A stretch of 63,975 bases of DNA, the filler included, from Octopus bimaculoides (lineage: Eukaryota): NCBI RefSeq assembly GCF_001194135.2. It is 9 parts of 7 records of this genome, joined end to end, with 100 filler letters (N's around TTAATTAATTAA, not from the genome) between each part and the next. Parts side by side here need not be neighbours in the genome. Positions count along the whole stretch, not along the records: positions 1 to 25,705 come from NC_068986.1; positions 25,806 to 31,987 come from NC_068986.1; 7 more parts are not named here. The stretch is one strand, 5' to 3'. Of the stretch, positions 13,881 to 27,544 are shown piece by piece (the stretch's first letter is position 1; the number at the start of each line of letters is the position of its first letter). The notes under the pieces were generated by a model. The model saw only the letters and a list, made by a program, of their open reading frames with translations. It was not told where the DNA came from and ran no database searches. The position numbers and the translations under genes are program-made.

Positions 13881-16263
13881 GTCGGCAAACAATCTTTACT
13901 ACTGAGTAATAATTGTTAAGCAATTTATTTTTGAAAGAAAAAACATAATACAATAAATTCTATATAAAATAGTATTTTTTCTAAAGAAAAAACAGAATCT
14001 AATAATTTTTCATGGTTTTCTCTGTCTTAATTTGTGTAAAGCTGTCTAATCTTTGATACATCGTAAACCTCCTACAAAATGGTGTCACATCAGCTAACTA
14101 GATGTATTTGATGCATTGTCTAATTTGTATGGTCTACTATGCTATCCAAGAACAGATTATTTAGTCATCTGTCTTACGCCCAAACCACAGCACTGCAAAT
14201 CTCTCTTACGTTCACACTGAAGAATTGATATATGAATCAAGTATATCGGATCGACTACAAATCCAGTAAATACAGAATGAAGCTAATAACAACTTTATAT
14301 ACACAGTATGTTCTAATTTATAAGAATCATAGAGGATTCTACGCATGGGTTTTATGTATTATTATTAGTTATATTGTAGTGGTGATCATGGTAATGTTTC
14401 CAAACACTTATAAGAAAAGGGATATGAACACCTGTTCATGTTGTTACTAACATATCACAAATTAATAAACAAAAAATTAAAACGGATCAAAACGAAACGG
14501 AAAATAAAATTCGTTTAATGAGATCCATCTTCTGCTGGAACATGAGGAAATGCTGCTGCTAACATGAATCCGAGACTCATCCAAGAAATATTTTGTCAGT
14601 TGGTTGCAGAGCATCCATTCAGTCACACGCTAGAAAAGGTGGTTACATATTATAAGCCGTCTCTTTGTTAATTTCTTTCTGATAATACGATAACATATGT
14701 CTACCTTCACCAGAGAGATGAATACTAAACACAGTCTCCTACTTTCTCTAAAATCTCATTCCGAAATTCTGCACAATATATTTTGTTTAATACCGCATAT
14801 ATTAGAAACTTCTACCAAGCTTTGTTTATTTCCTTATACTCATCGATCTATTTAAATACAGGTAGCCTGGAGGTTGGGGAGATGCATTTACCTTGTTAAT
14901 CACCAACAGCAAATTCTACGGAGCCTTCCATCGCTTTCACTATGAATCAAATTGTTTTTGCCCGCCGTTTTCTCCACTGATTAATCGGTGATATTTAAAA
15001 ATCACCTCATAATTGACACTCTGGTAAAATCTACAAACGTCATTAGTGTTTCCCTCAAACTTCAAAATTAGTAATTTATTAAATACTTATAAATAAAGCG
15101 GATGTATTTTTTGTCGACAGACAAGACATGTGACTGTTCAGTTTAAGGGGTGCAACTTGGACCGTGGATCTTACGCCTCATTCAGTTGTCCAAATCCATG
15201 AAGATTTTAGCAGAACGTATTGACTTTACTGGAATTCAGTCAGTTGCAATTATTCTATCCGAAAAGGTTCCCCGTCGGTAGATAAGCTACGAAACGTGAC
15301 TTCTACTCCAAATACACCCACCACATTCACAGACTTGTTGCAAGAAGATTATAATATTCGTCTACTTCCTACTCTTCCTTGACTAAAGCCATAGTGATAA
15401 AAGCAGATTATCCTTCTTGGTAAGAGAAAATACTGCTTAATTTACGAGATTTTCGTTAGTTTTCAACCTCGAAATTTATTTTCGCGATGTCTGTTTCATG
15501 GATGGGAATGGTTCCTCCAAGTCTGATTCCATAGGTAACTGATAATCTATTGAAATCATTAATTGGTGTCCCTTAGAAATAACCACTCTCACAGAACAGA
15601 AAGCAAATGGCACCACTGTTGAATATAAAAAGAAAAAGAGCAAGAATAAAAATTGAGTAAATCTACAGATCTGTCAAAGCCAGAATATCTACAGACATTT
15701 TGGTACAGGATAGAGAGAAAAAATGATTTTGATTCTAATATATTTTCACCTATGTTACAATGGCGGCTTTTCTGCGGAGAGATGATGTTGGGGAATAATA
15801 ATATAAAGAAGAAAAAGGACAATAATAATTCATGAAAATAACAAAAACATCTATATAGAAATTCTAAATATATGAAACAAAACGAATATGGAAGCAACAA
15901 ATACAATAGCAACATCAACAACAACAGAAATAGTATCAGCACCATCTAACTACTGCCATAACAACAATAACAGCAACATTGACAAGAAGCAGAAGGAATG
16001 AAGGCAAATGTGATGGGGAAGGATAATGGATTTTTAGATATTTTAAACAATGGCAAGAAACATAATTAAATTATGCTCACAAAGTTATCTTTTAAATGGG
16101 TTTTATTTTTACTTTCAGTTTATTTTGAATCAATATTCCCACTATAGAGGCATTTATTGCTGTGTAGAAGAACGTAACAAGGTCTAAAAATACTGGACCT
16201 AACGGATAAAGAGAGAGAATAGTGATGGAGAGAGAGAAAGAGATGAATACAAAGAAAGAGAAT

Positions 16264-16319
<56 letters not shown>

Positions 16320-16536
16320 TAGAGGAAGAAACGATAAGTATATAGAGAGGGTTATGCTGAAGTTAGATATCGTAGAAGATAGAGAAAGGGATTGCGAGTT
16401 TNNNNNNNNNNNNNNNNNNNNNNNNNNNNNNNNNNNNNNNNNNNNNNNNNNNNNNNNNNNNNNNNNNNNNNNNNNNNNNNNNNNNNNNNNNNNNNNNNNN
16501 NNNNNNNNNNNNNNNNNNNNNNNNNNNNNNNNNNNN

Positions 16537-16567
<31 letters not shown>

Positions 16568-16804
16568 ATCATACAAAAAAACCACCTTTTTGGTATTTAT
16601 TTTTACTCGCATATATATATATACATATATATATATATTGTAAAGAGAGATAGTATGAGAGAGAAATGGAGGGGAGATGGAAGAAGAAAGATGGGCGAGT
16701 TAAATTAAAAAAGACAGAAAAATTAAGAGAGATACAGAAGGGAAGGCAAAAACGAACGCATACATATTCACACAAGCACAGATAGACACACACAAGATTT
16801 ATAT

Positions 16805-16919
<115 letters not shown>

Positions 16920-17200
16920 GTGAGGAATGAAGGTTTACGATAAAAAGACACGAGAAGAGAAAATATGGAGAGAGAAAAAGAAGCGGATGATGAACAGAAT
17001 GAAAGAGTGGACAAAGTTCGTTGATGGAATGACGTAGGAAGTTCCATATTAACAACAATGGAAGCTGACGGTTAGTGCAGTATATGTTTACCTTAAAATG
17101 ATAGTAATGTATATAATCAGATATATCTCTCATGTGTATAGAACAACGCATGTAGACATAACTCGCATCGCACACTCATTAATGAGAATGCATACATGTA

Positions 17201-17233
<33 letters not shown>

Positions 17234-17273
17234 AAGGATGAGGTTGATGATCATGATAATGATGATGATGTTG

Positions 17274-17324
<51 letters not shown>

Positions 17325-17328
<4 letters not shown>

Positions 17329-17525
17329 GTATTTGTGTGTTTGTGCTTGTCCCCACAATCACCATCGGTTGACAACGAACATTAGTATGTTTGCGTCCTC
17401 GTACTGTAGCGGTACGACAAGAGAGACCGATAGAATAACTACCAGGCTTACAAAGGATTAGTTCTGGGGACGATTAGTGCGACTAATGGTGGTGCAACCA
17501 CATGGCCGCCTGAGACAAGTAACAG
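17325..17525 (+). mobile_element. SINE family A, 3' half, degraded
   Basis: GAGAGACCGATAGAATAACTACCAGGCTTACAAAGGATTAGTTCTGGGG matches the family A 3' half. Confidence 0.75.
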
Positions 17526-18309
17526 GGTATATATATACTCGTATACTTGTTTAGAGAAACATAAAATCGAACATTTTTGAGCAGGGACAAACGCAATGAA
17601 ATATAAATTCCCTCAACCAGAAAAGAGACAGAAATGAGAAACAACATTTTTATATATCAATAAGTATATATGAGAATGCAATTATATCTGCATGCTTATG
17701 CACAGAGATGAAGAGAAAGAGAGTGAGTGAAAGAGAGAGAGAGAGAGGAAATAAATAAGAAGGAGAGGAAACATTATACACAGCAGCAGATAAAACGCAG
17801 ACGATATTGCAAATACACAAATATGCATTTCAATTTCCCCTCATCAGCTGACAAATGAACTACATAATGATTTCGGAACAAAGAAGACTGTGAAAGAACA
17901 GTGACATCAAATTGCCGACAGCAAATTTTAGAGAAGAGTGAAACTGTTCACGTTGGAACTATTCGTCACTAAATAGAAGACAACATGGAAGAATAGCTGC
18001 AACGAGATGCAACAAACAAAATTTCACTGTCCTCTTCGATTTTTCCCTGATGATGCTGCAACATAATTTTAGGGATAAGTTTGTACAAAGCACTGACACA
18101 AATGTCTGGCGTGTAAGGTTTAATAAACCAAAGCAATGACAACTGGAAAAAGGAATCTCCAACACTGGTGATGGTGATTGTGTGATGAGTAATGTGTCAC
18201 TTTTAGTGACGCATGCCAGTCTTTCAGGGATATCAATTGCTTGCTGACTGCTGTTGAATGGTGGCTAACATGTTGCATTTAATAGAAAACAAATCCGGTT
18301 GATCTAGAC

Positions 18310-18580
18310 TAGTGGTTCCCAAACGTTCGGGATGCCGCCCTCTAAACACCCACGCTACATTTCTAGCGTGTCCACCCCAACCAACCATCACATACAGATC
18401 TCTTTCTCAAGCACACTCAAAGCAACTGTATTTAACAAATAAAACTTAACCTAATGAATCAATTATTTGGTTGTTTTTACATGAATCTCTACTGCATAAT
18501 CGTCCCACTTTTCGTCAACTCCCCCATGGAAATTCCCAATGGCCACAGGCATGCAATACAGCCCATTTTCGGAACCACTG
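18310..18580. mobile_element. hAT-superfamily MITE with 8-bp TSD
   Basis: TIRs TAGTGGTTCCCAAA / TTTCGGAACCACTG. Flanks ATCTAGAC (18302-18309) and ATCTAGGC (18581-18588) match at 7/8 and fit the NTCTAGAN target of Charlie-like hATs. Confidence 0.85.
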
Positions 18581-19020
18581 ATCTAGGCTGAAATTCTGGT
18601 AACATTATGATTTCTGTAGAGTATATGTAGTGGTATTAAGAGCCAGCTACTTTACATTATTAGCAAGAGAGAATATTAGCAGAATTTTAGTTTCCTTGTT
18701 GATGAAGGTTGGGGAATTTTCTATGCAAGTAGTTTCATACAAATTTAATAGAAATACATCAGCTGTAAGCAATATGTGAATAAGGTATGAAGGAGTGGAT
18801 ACATTTAATAAATATTCTCTTGACTCCATTCTCTCGAAGTCTCCTATAGTTATTCTTGCTTAGAAACCGCTGGTGGAAGCATTCCTTTCTAGTCCACTGC
18901 TTTCAAATATAGTAGAATCCCTTCTTTCTTCTGGCGATTTGTTCCGGCAGTTGATGCTTGAGGCCAGGGCGCAATATAACGCTCTTCTTCGGTTTGTATT
19001 TAGGTTTACACTTTTGTTTT

Positions 19021-19180
19021 TTACATTATTTACATTTGATGGATATTTATCCTCATCTTGTGTGTTGTTAGCTCACCGTTTCGGCTGATATACACTCCAG
19101 CCTTCATCAGGTGTCTTGAGGAAATTTCGAACCTGGATTCTCATTCATAAGGTATTTTCTATGTTATTATTATTATTATT
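19021..19180 (-). mobile_element. Module E (putative Penelope pLTR), 3' part, inverted copy with hammerhead core
   Basis: The reverse complement reads CCAGGTTCGAAATTTCCTCAAGACAC-CTGATGA-A-GGCTG-GAGTGTATAT-CAGCC-GAAAC and is homologous to 19790-19925 and 49690-49810. Confidence 0.85.
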
Positions 19181-19560
19181 GTTCAGTAGATTTATTTTTA
19201 TAACGTGCTTTCACTTCACTACCGAGCGCAGCTCTGTGTGCCTTGGGTATGTGCTGTGGTTTGCTGTGATGCTCCTATGGTTACTGTATTGAAAGTGTTT
19301 TGCGTAGGATGTGTGTAGTGCCCACTAGTGCAATTTTCTGTATGTCATATATATTTGTAAGTCCTGGTGTTTTTTGTTATGTATTTGTCTGAAATTTTTT
19401 TATTATACCTAAGGCACCTACTATGATAGGAATTGTTTCTGTTTTTAGATTCCACATTCGAGTTACCTCTATTTCCAGGTCTTTGTATTTTGAAAGTTTT
19501 TCCATTTCTTTTTTGGGAAACGTTGTCATCTGCTGGTATTGATACATCAATTAGAAAGCA
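19181..19560 (-). mobile_element. 5'-truncated R4/Dong-clade non-LTR retrotransposon (RLE C-terminus + 3' UTR) inserted in (TAA)n
   Basis: The minus strand encodes CFLIDVSIPADDNVSQKEMEKLSKYKDLEIEVTRMWNLKTETIPIIVGALGIIKK...IQKIALVGTTHILRKTLSIQ* (one or more frameshifts), a restriction-like endonuclease. TAA repeats flank both sides. Confidence 0.85.

Positions 19561-19564
<4 letters not shown>

Positions 19565-19650
<86 letters not shown>
19565..19650. repeat. (TAT)n microsatellite
   Basis: Read directly from the sequence. Confidence 0.97.
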
Positions 19651-19651
<1 letters not shown>

Positions 19652-19955
19652 GCCCACAGGCATATGGCGTAGTGGTTAAGCGCGCGGCCTGATAACCCCA
19701 AGATTCCGAGTTGGATTCCAAGCAATGACCTGAATGATAATAATAATAATAATAATAATAATAATTACAACAACATAGAAAAACATATTAGGAATGAGAA
19801 ACCAGGTTCGAAATTTCCCCAAGACACCTCATGAAGGCTGCAGGGTATATCAGCTGAAACGTTGTGTTAACAGCAAACAAGATGAGTACAAATATCCCTC
19901 AAATGTAAATAATGTAAATAATGTACATAATTCCTCATCTCTTAAATACATAACT
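19651..19955 (+). mobile_element. Module E, full copy: tRNA-like head + (TAA)n + hammerhead-like motif + tail
   Basis: A-box TGGCGTAGTGG (19665-19675), B-box-like GAGTTGGATTCC (19708-19719), (TAA)n, then AAGACAC-CTCATGA-A-GGCTG...CAGCT-GAAACGTTGTGTT. The ribozyme core is mutated in this copy. Confidence 0.85.
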
Positions 19956-20170
19956 CTACTTTTTTACTTCAAATCCAAGAAAAGAGGGGATTGTTTCTAG
20001 AAGTCAGGAATGTATTCAACGATTGAGTACTTCTAAATACGATAATTAAGACTGTTTGTTAAATTTAGTTGGTTAATATCAGAATTGGTAACTTTTAATG
20101 ATGTCCTTGGGTAAATGTCACACTGTTCACCAGTTTATATATGTATATGTGTTTATACATGTATATAGTT

Positions 20171-20560
20171 AGGCGTAGGAGCTGCTGTGTGGTAAGCAAC
20201 TTGCTTACCAACCACATGGTCCCGTGTTTAGTCGCACTGCGTGGCACCTTGGGAAAGTGTCTTCTACTATAGCCTAGGGCCGACCAAAGCCTTATGAGTG
20301 GATTTAGTAGGCGGAAACTGAAAGATGCGCGTCGCATATACATATATATATATATATGTACGTATGTATGTTTGTGTGTCTGTGTCTGTCCCTTCAGCAT
20401 GGCTTCACAACCGATGCTGGTGCGTTTACGACACCGTAACATAGCGGTTCGGCAAAAGAGACCGATACAATAAGTACCAGGCTTGGAGCCGATTGAGTCG
20501 ACTACAGGCGGGCGGTGCTCAAGCATCGCTGCAGTTAAATGACTGAAATAAATGAAAGAG
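20171..20560 (+). mobile_element. tRNA-derived SINE family A, near full length
   Basis: Head GCTGTGTGGTAAG...GGTCCCGTGTTTAGTC, CORE-like GCACCTTGGGAAAGTGTCTT, central (TA)/(TG) microsatellite and family A 3' half. Confidence 0.9.
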
Positions 20561-21706
20561 AAATGTCATACACACACATGCATATTATGCACATATGCAT
20601 GTATGTATATGCACAGAAACGTGCATTTACGTCTGTATATTAATGTGTTTTGATCAAGGTTTCAGTAAGCCATCTGCCATCCTAATTTTGCTTCTTGTGT
20701 AAATGTACCAAACGTTCCCCCCGACAGTGATATTGTAGCCTTTATGTATGTTTGCTATAATCACCTCTACGTCTTCATTTCAATAAAACAAATTACCAGC
20801 TTGTCAAAACATCACTGAATGAACTGTATTTTTATACTCAATGAACTTGTGTAATTTCTGTGATATATTCTGATACTTACCAATGCCTGGCATTGATCCG
20901 AAAATAATTCAGTGTTCCTTGAAAAGTAAGATGATTAGAAATCACTGCTAGAATCAAATATCGTATGTCTTCTCTATGTGATTTCAAGAAGTGCTTTTCT
21001 TTTCCTTCATCTTCTCAAAAAATAGAAGCAGAACTGATTCGGTTGATTAAGGGCATTATTGATTTTAGATTATTACACAACATATCGATCAGAATTGCAA
21101 GCACACAAACACAATTTGTTCAGTTTCTTTTTTTCGAGTAGATGTATACAATCAAGTTAAACTCAAAGATAACTGGTACTGTATTATACTATTTGTGAAT
21201 GGTTAATGATGGAGTAACATCTAGTTTGATGTGTAATTTTGCTGGGGTTTCGACTCGTGTTTATGTCATCAGTGAATGATTTGGCATTAATAAATCATTA
21301 AATCGTTATGGATGCACAGTATACTCACTGCCGTCCAATTTTCTAGAAAACGAATCCTGTTAATCTGAATTAATACGATAAACGTACATAGAAAAGCTGT
21401 ACATACTCTAGACTGCGTTGCATTATGTCTTAAATAACGATGATGAGAAACAAGCCCCAAAATAGTCACGTGCGAAACGTCAGATGAATCAGCTATTAAA
21501 AACAATTGAATAACCTACACAAACTGTGTCGTGTAAGGGCTCTATTTGGACGGCTAGAAAGAGCAGCCAAATCTAGTTCAAATCAGATACATTAAAAAAA
21601 GGAAACATGCATTACGTAACGCTCAGCTAGGACTGTTACGTCAGTATAGTCAGTATACAATTCAGACGATATTCTGATGTTGGTTTGTTTTTGATCAAAT
21701 CTCTAG

Positions 21707-21781
21707 CTGCACAGACGAAAGGAGCAGCATGTCAGATACGGATATTGGCCAAGAAATGAAGAAGATCGACATGAACAGGAG
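21707..21781 (+). CDS. Possible isolated 75-nt symmetric coding exon (xCTDERSSMSDTDIGQEMKKIDMNR), product unknown
   Basis: T-rich tract ending CTCTAG as acceptor, an open frame, length divisible by 3 and an AG|GTATTT donor. No homology recognised. Confidence 0.2.
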
Positions 21782-22309
21782 GTATTTAAAAGAGGATCTG
21801 TCTTGAGGTTAAACATCAGTTACAGCAATACTGACGGAAGTGTTGACTCAACACACCTTCTTCATGTTCTATCAACGAGCTAAAAATGGCAGCAAAATCC
21901 CATTCAAATCCAATATTATGACATTAATTGAAAGATGTACACAATTGTTATGTATGAAACTGACGAAGCCGGAATGGAAACGACATGAACAACCTTGTTC
22001 ATACTTCTACACAGTCAGTACATTTCAAACACATAGAAATATTAACAAAATCTACGTAAATATTAAATAAATCTTCGATCAGTGTTCCAAACGTGACCGT
22101 CCCATATTGCTTGGTTTCAGACATTAATTCCCCACTTCTACATTTTCGAAGATACACTTGCTTTAACTAATATTTCGAAAGTTTGATTTTAAAAGTAATC
22201 TGGCTGTCATTTCCAGCACTTTTATAGACTAGAAAAGCGCTTGATGGTTCCAATTCGTATAGTTATTATGATATAGCCACTGGTCAGTGGTAATGATGCA
22301 GACCTGTGT

Positions 22310-22730
22310 TCAAAAAACATCCCACACGTTTCTATCTTTCATTTGACAAGTGTTCATCTGGGACCAGATGTATTCCCTACTTTTCAAGAGGTCATGTCCC
22401 CCTCCTTTGACAAACATTTCATCAACAGCTATCCAAACAATAGTTTCCAAAGAAAACAAATCTCTTTCATCTTCATCCAATAACACCTTCCGTCTTGTTA
22501 TGTAAAAACCGTCCTTCCTTCTCGAGTCACAGAGACTCATTAGGTCCGGTTTCCCGGTTTCCACGGCTTACATGTTCCCCCACCTGGACACTTTTGCCAG
22601 CTGAGCGGACTGGAGTAACGATAAATGAAGGGTTTTGCTCAAGAACATAACGCGTTGCCTGGTCCTGGAATGGAAATTACAATCTTAAGATCACGATTCC
22701 AACACCCCAGCCAGTAAGCCACGCACCTCC
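22310..22730 (-). mobile_element. tRNA/CORE-type SINE related to family D with a different 3' region
   Basis: The reverse complement has a head with GTGGCTTACTGG and a B-box-like segment, then CGCGTTATGTTCTTGAGCAAAACCCTT and TCCAGTCCGCTCAGCTGGCAAAA as in family D, followed by an unrelated tail. Confidence 0.6.
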
Positions 22731-23099
22731 ATTGTCTTATCTGATTTGAATTAAAGTCGACTGCTGTTTCTAGCGATCCATATCTCTGCCTATTACCTTG
22801 CTGAGTTTCTGCTCGCTGGTGAAAGTCGTTTCAACTGTATTAACCGCTGTTAGTCTACAATCAACTAAAATTTGAGTGATGAAATAATCCTGGCAACTAG
22901 ACATATTAATTGGGCGACTATGGTGCAATGCACAACTTGACTGCGATTTTGTTTAATACGGATAAAAATGTAAACATTTTGCTGTAGATTTAGAGTTTAG
23001 GACAGTATTCCACCATTGTTTGATCAGGTCACCAACTTCACAGAAAGGCATTTTACATACAAAAATAAGTAAATAAATTAATTAATCAATTATTAATAA

Positions 23100-23611
<512 letters not shown>

Positions 23612-25201
23612 AACAATAATTTTAAAGAAAGAGAATTGATTTTTGCCCAGTGGTGCTTTATCAATATCTTTATTACTATCTCATCCGCACTAAATACATT
23701 TTTCGATATCTGATTGGTCTAATGATCCCGAAGTTGATATTTCATAGAAATTACCAAAGACGAAGTCTTTACGAAAATATGTTTAGAATATAGCAATTAT
23801 TTCTACGTTACGTAACTTATTTCTAATAAAAGTCACAAATTCTCTAAACACACAGCTGATCCAAGATTCATCACCGCTTTGACATCTCGAAATTCCCCCA
23901 AGAGTTCGCTGTTCAGGTTAATAACCACGGAGGTAGTACCTATTGAAGAGTATTCTATGTTACAATAGTAGAACAATATGTGTAACTCCAAAATAAGACG
24001 CTATTATATTTCTGTGTTTATTAAAGGATACAGCATTTTATATAATGCTACCTCAAAAATAATGAACATTAATTATATAACGTCCAGTGTTACTTAAAGG
24101 TTTGTCGTAATTAAAATTAACCTACTCGAAAAACGAATGCGACTCACTCAATTTCAATATTCTCGTCTTTGTGGAGTTTAAACAGTGTGTCTGTGTGAGA
24201 AAAGAATAATTATGTTAAAATTTAATTTCCTATAAAGCTGAACGTTCCCAGATTGTAAAGAAATAATTTAGATAAATATTTTAATGTGTGCTGAAAAAAT
24301 CTCGGCTATATATTTATGTGCGGTGGGAGTGTGTGTAAAAACATACGCATATTTATATATACACACATACACACTAATATAGGTATACTCACAAACACTC
24401 TTTTGTATATGTGTGTACACGCGTGTGTATGAGCATTGCGTTATTTAACCAATCAATACACTGATAGGAATTTAATTTTTAAATAGAATCTCATTACCAA
24501 TTAATACATTAAATTTAATTGTAAGAAACAGAATCGGCAACAAAAACAACAACAACTACAACAAAAACAACATTAGCAACAACATTAAAGAATAGAATAT
24601 AAATTTAACACGTATATATCAAAACGATAATCACGTGACTATTTTATTATTCAACGCGTTGTATTTATCATGAGAATATATGATTAAAAAAATAATTATC
24701 AAATAATACATCAATTTACGCGATGGTTTTTGATGAAAATCACGATATATTTTCTATGAATAATTCTTTGAATTGAAATTGGTGACTACAGTAGAGGGAA
24801 GAAAAAAATAATATTACTTATTTCGAAAAAGATGCCGACTGACAGAGAAATCTGTGGGGATTTTTCGATTCTTATCATGTCACTTTTAACGTGTTATACT
24901 CCAGAACAAGGGAAGTTAACTCTGTATAGCTTTAATTAACTGTAAATAAGAACTCTTTGTGGTCATCCAAAGACGAGCTTTCAAGAGTCAATAGATACAA
25001 CTAATGATAGTGTGCGTTCTTGACAATCTCTAATACGTGGGTAACTTGTGAGTGTCTCGGCTGTGTTGAATTTCTGGATCGGTTATATTTTTAAGGCAAC
25101 GATAAGATCAATGCTTGATCTATCGAATACTCTCATGAATTTTGTGGTTGAGTGTTCTATATATAATGTGTTAATCTCTCTCTGTTTCTTTCTCTGTCTC
25201 C

Positions 25202-25243
<42 letters not shown>

Positions 25244-25480
25244 NNNNNNNNNNATATATATATATATACTGTTCTGTCTCGGGAGACTCATTCTCTTATA
25301 GTGCCTTATAATTTAACACAGTCACCGGTAAAATTTCCACGCTTTTACTTATTTATTTATTTTGGGAAATTTTCTTTGCTTCTTACAACTATTTCCATAG
25401 TTGTTGACTCTGTCCGTTATTCAAGCAGCGTTCTTTTTGTTTGCTTGTGCCCATGTGTGTTGGTCAGTGTGTGCGCGCAT

Positions 25481-25512
<32 letters not shown>

Positions 25513-25671
25513 GAATGTGTGTATGAATGTGTGTATGCAAGCATGCATGCAAATGTCTGTATACATGTATGTGTGTGTGTATGTATGTACCTTTATATGT
25601 ATTTATTCTGCATATTCATGTCTTTGTGTGTTGAATTTTGCGTGTGATTATGTGTGTGTGTGTTTACATAT

Positions 25672-25703
<32 letters not shown>

Positions 25704-25859
25704 ATNNNNNNNNNNNNNNNNNNNNNNNNNNNNNNNNNNNNNNNNNNNNTTAATTAATTAANNNNNNNNNNNNNNNNNNNNNNNNNNNNNNNNNNNNNNN
25801 NNNNNTTTTCAATATCAGTGAAGAATGCCACTGGAAAAGAAGATATAAGATTTTGCCAG

Positions 25860-26080
25860 GTTTTTCTCTCTCACCAAGGTCATCAGCTGTCGAACGCCGA
25901 AGAAGGGAAATAACCCTGAAATCCGGATACGTTCGTGCTGCTGGTCGTGGTGAGAGGGATAACTCCCTTGGCAAACAGGACACAGTCGTGTGTCGATAAG
26001 CCAGCTGGAGGAGATGTCCTCCTGGGGCTAAAAGCAACAGTAACATCCACCCCTAGGGGTCAGCCACACTTAAGTGGCAA
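25860..26080. repeat. GC-richer interspersed repeat related to 13655-13880
   Basis: Shared ~40-nt motif containing a hairpin; see findings. Confidence 0.45.
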
Positions 26081-26087
26081 TATACTA

Positions 26088-26126
<39 letters not shown>

Positions 26127-26662
26127 ACACTCAGATACACACACACCAATATATTACACATTTAGGAATACAAATACCCGACACATCCAGAGGGTATGAA
26201 AGCTGATCAGCTGAGCTCTGTTGACCACTCAGACACAAAGATCAGTATCGATGCAAATCAACATATTACGTCACCTTTCTTTCATTAACTTGCACTTGCA
26301 TAGTGCCTGAACAATCACACACAGAAACGTGAAACCCTGCAAAGCGTCGAAATGTAACAACGGATTTTACACGGCAGACACGTGCACCAGTGCGCATATT
26401 CTTTTGAAGTTCGTATGGTGTCTATATTGAGAAATTTTTCTCCGAGGCAAACTCTCTCAGCGAATGCCAATTGCGTTCCAATGTGCAGAAACGTGTTAAG
26501 AATATGTTTGCATATCATTTTGTGTATGTATGAGTGTGTGTGTGTGTGTGGGCACGTGTGTGTGAGTGTGTGTGTGTTTATGGTAAGTAGATTTTATAAA
26601 TGCTGTATATGTATGATACACTTTATATATAATGCAATATTCATAATGTAAATTTTAAGTAA

Positions 26663-26717
<55 letters not shown>

Positions 26718-26718
<1 letters not shown>

Positions 26719-27095
26719 TAGGCGTGGTTTTGAGTAAGAAGTTTGATCCTCATCCACATGGTTCCGTGTTCCGTCCCACTGCGTGGTACCTTGGGCAAGT
26801 ATCTATTACTTTAGTCCTGGGTCAATCAAAGCGTTGTGAGTGATTTAAGTAGATGGAAATAAAAAAAGAATCCCGTTGAATATATATGTAAATATGTAAA
26901 TTTATATGTGTGTGTGTATATATATAAATATATATTTATAAATAGGTATTTATATTTGTAAATATTTATATATATTTATATATATATATAGTACTGGAGT
27001 TGATTAGTTCGCCTAAACCCATTGACGCGGTACCCCAGATATGGCCAAAAACCCAATGATCGAAATGAGTAAAAGGTAAAAGATAAAAAGTATGT
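26718..27095 (+). mobile_element. SINE family A, degraded
   Basis: GGTTCCGTGTTCCGTCCCACTGCGTGGTACCTTGGGCAAGTA head/core and a decayed 3' end at 26990-27095. Confidence 0.8.
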
Positions 27096-27544
27096 CTGCA
27101 TAAAAACAAATATTCTCTATTGTAACAATATAATATAACTATATATATATATATATAAATAATAATAAAGGAGTTACGACGCAAAAACGTATAAATTCAA
27201 AAGAACATATTTATCTTCTTCAATATATATTTCAGTATAAAGAATTCATTAAGATGCTTAAATCAAAATTTCTTTACACATCATTCAGGAACAGATATAA
27301 CATCAGAAAAAATACATTCCGTTTAAAAACACAAACCGTTCATGGCGAAAACATTTCACAATTACAAAAAACGAACAAAATAATAAATGAGTATATGCAT
27401 ATATACGTACAGGTATGTGCATACCTGCATCTACCTGTATATATAGGTGCATATCTGGGTACAAGACATTGCAAGCAAAACGTATACAAGAAAACAATAA
27501 TAACCAGAGTACAGAAAACACACAAGCCACATAGAGAACATTTT

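Noticed and set aside
21438-21485. TGATGAG...CGAAACGTC hammerhead-like string
   Set aside because: C3 is absent, and neither stem I nor stem II pairs.
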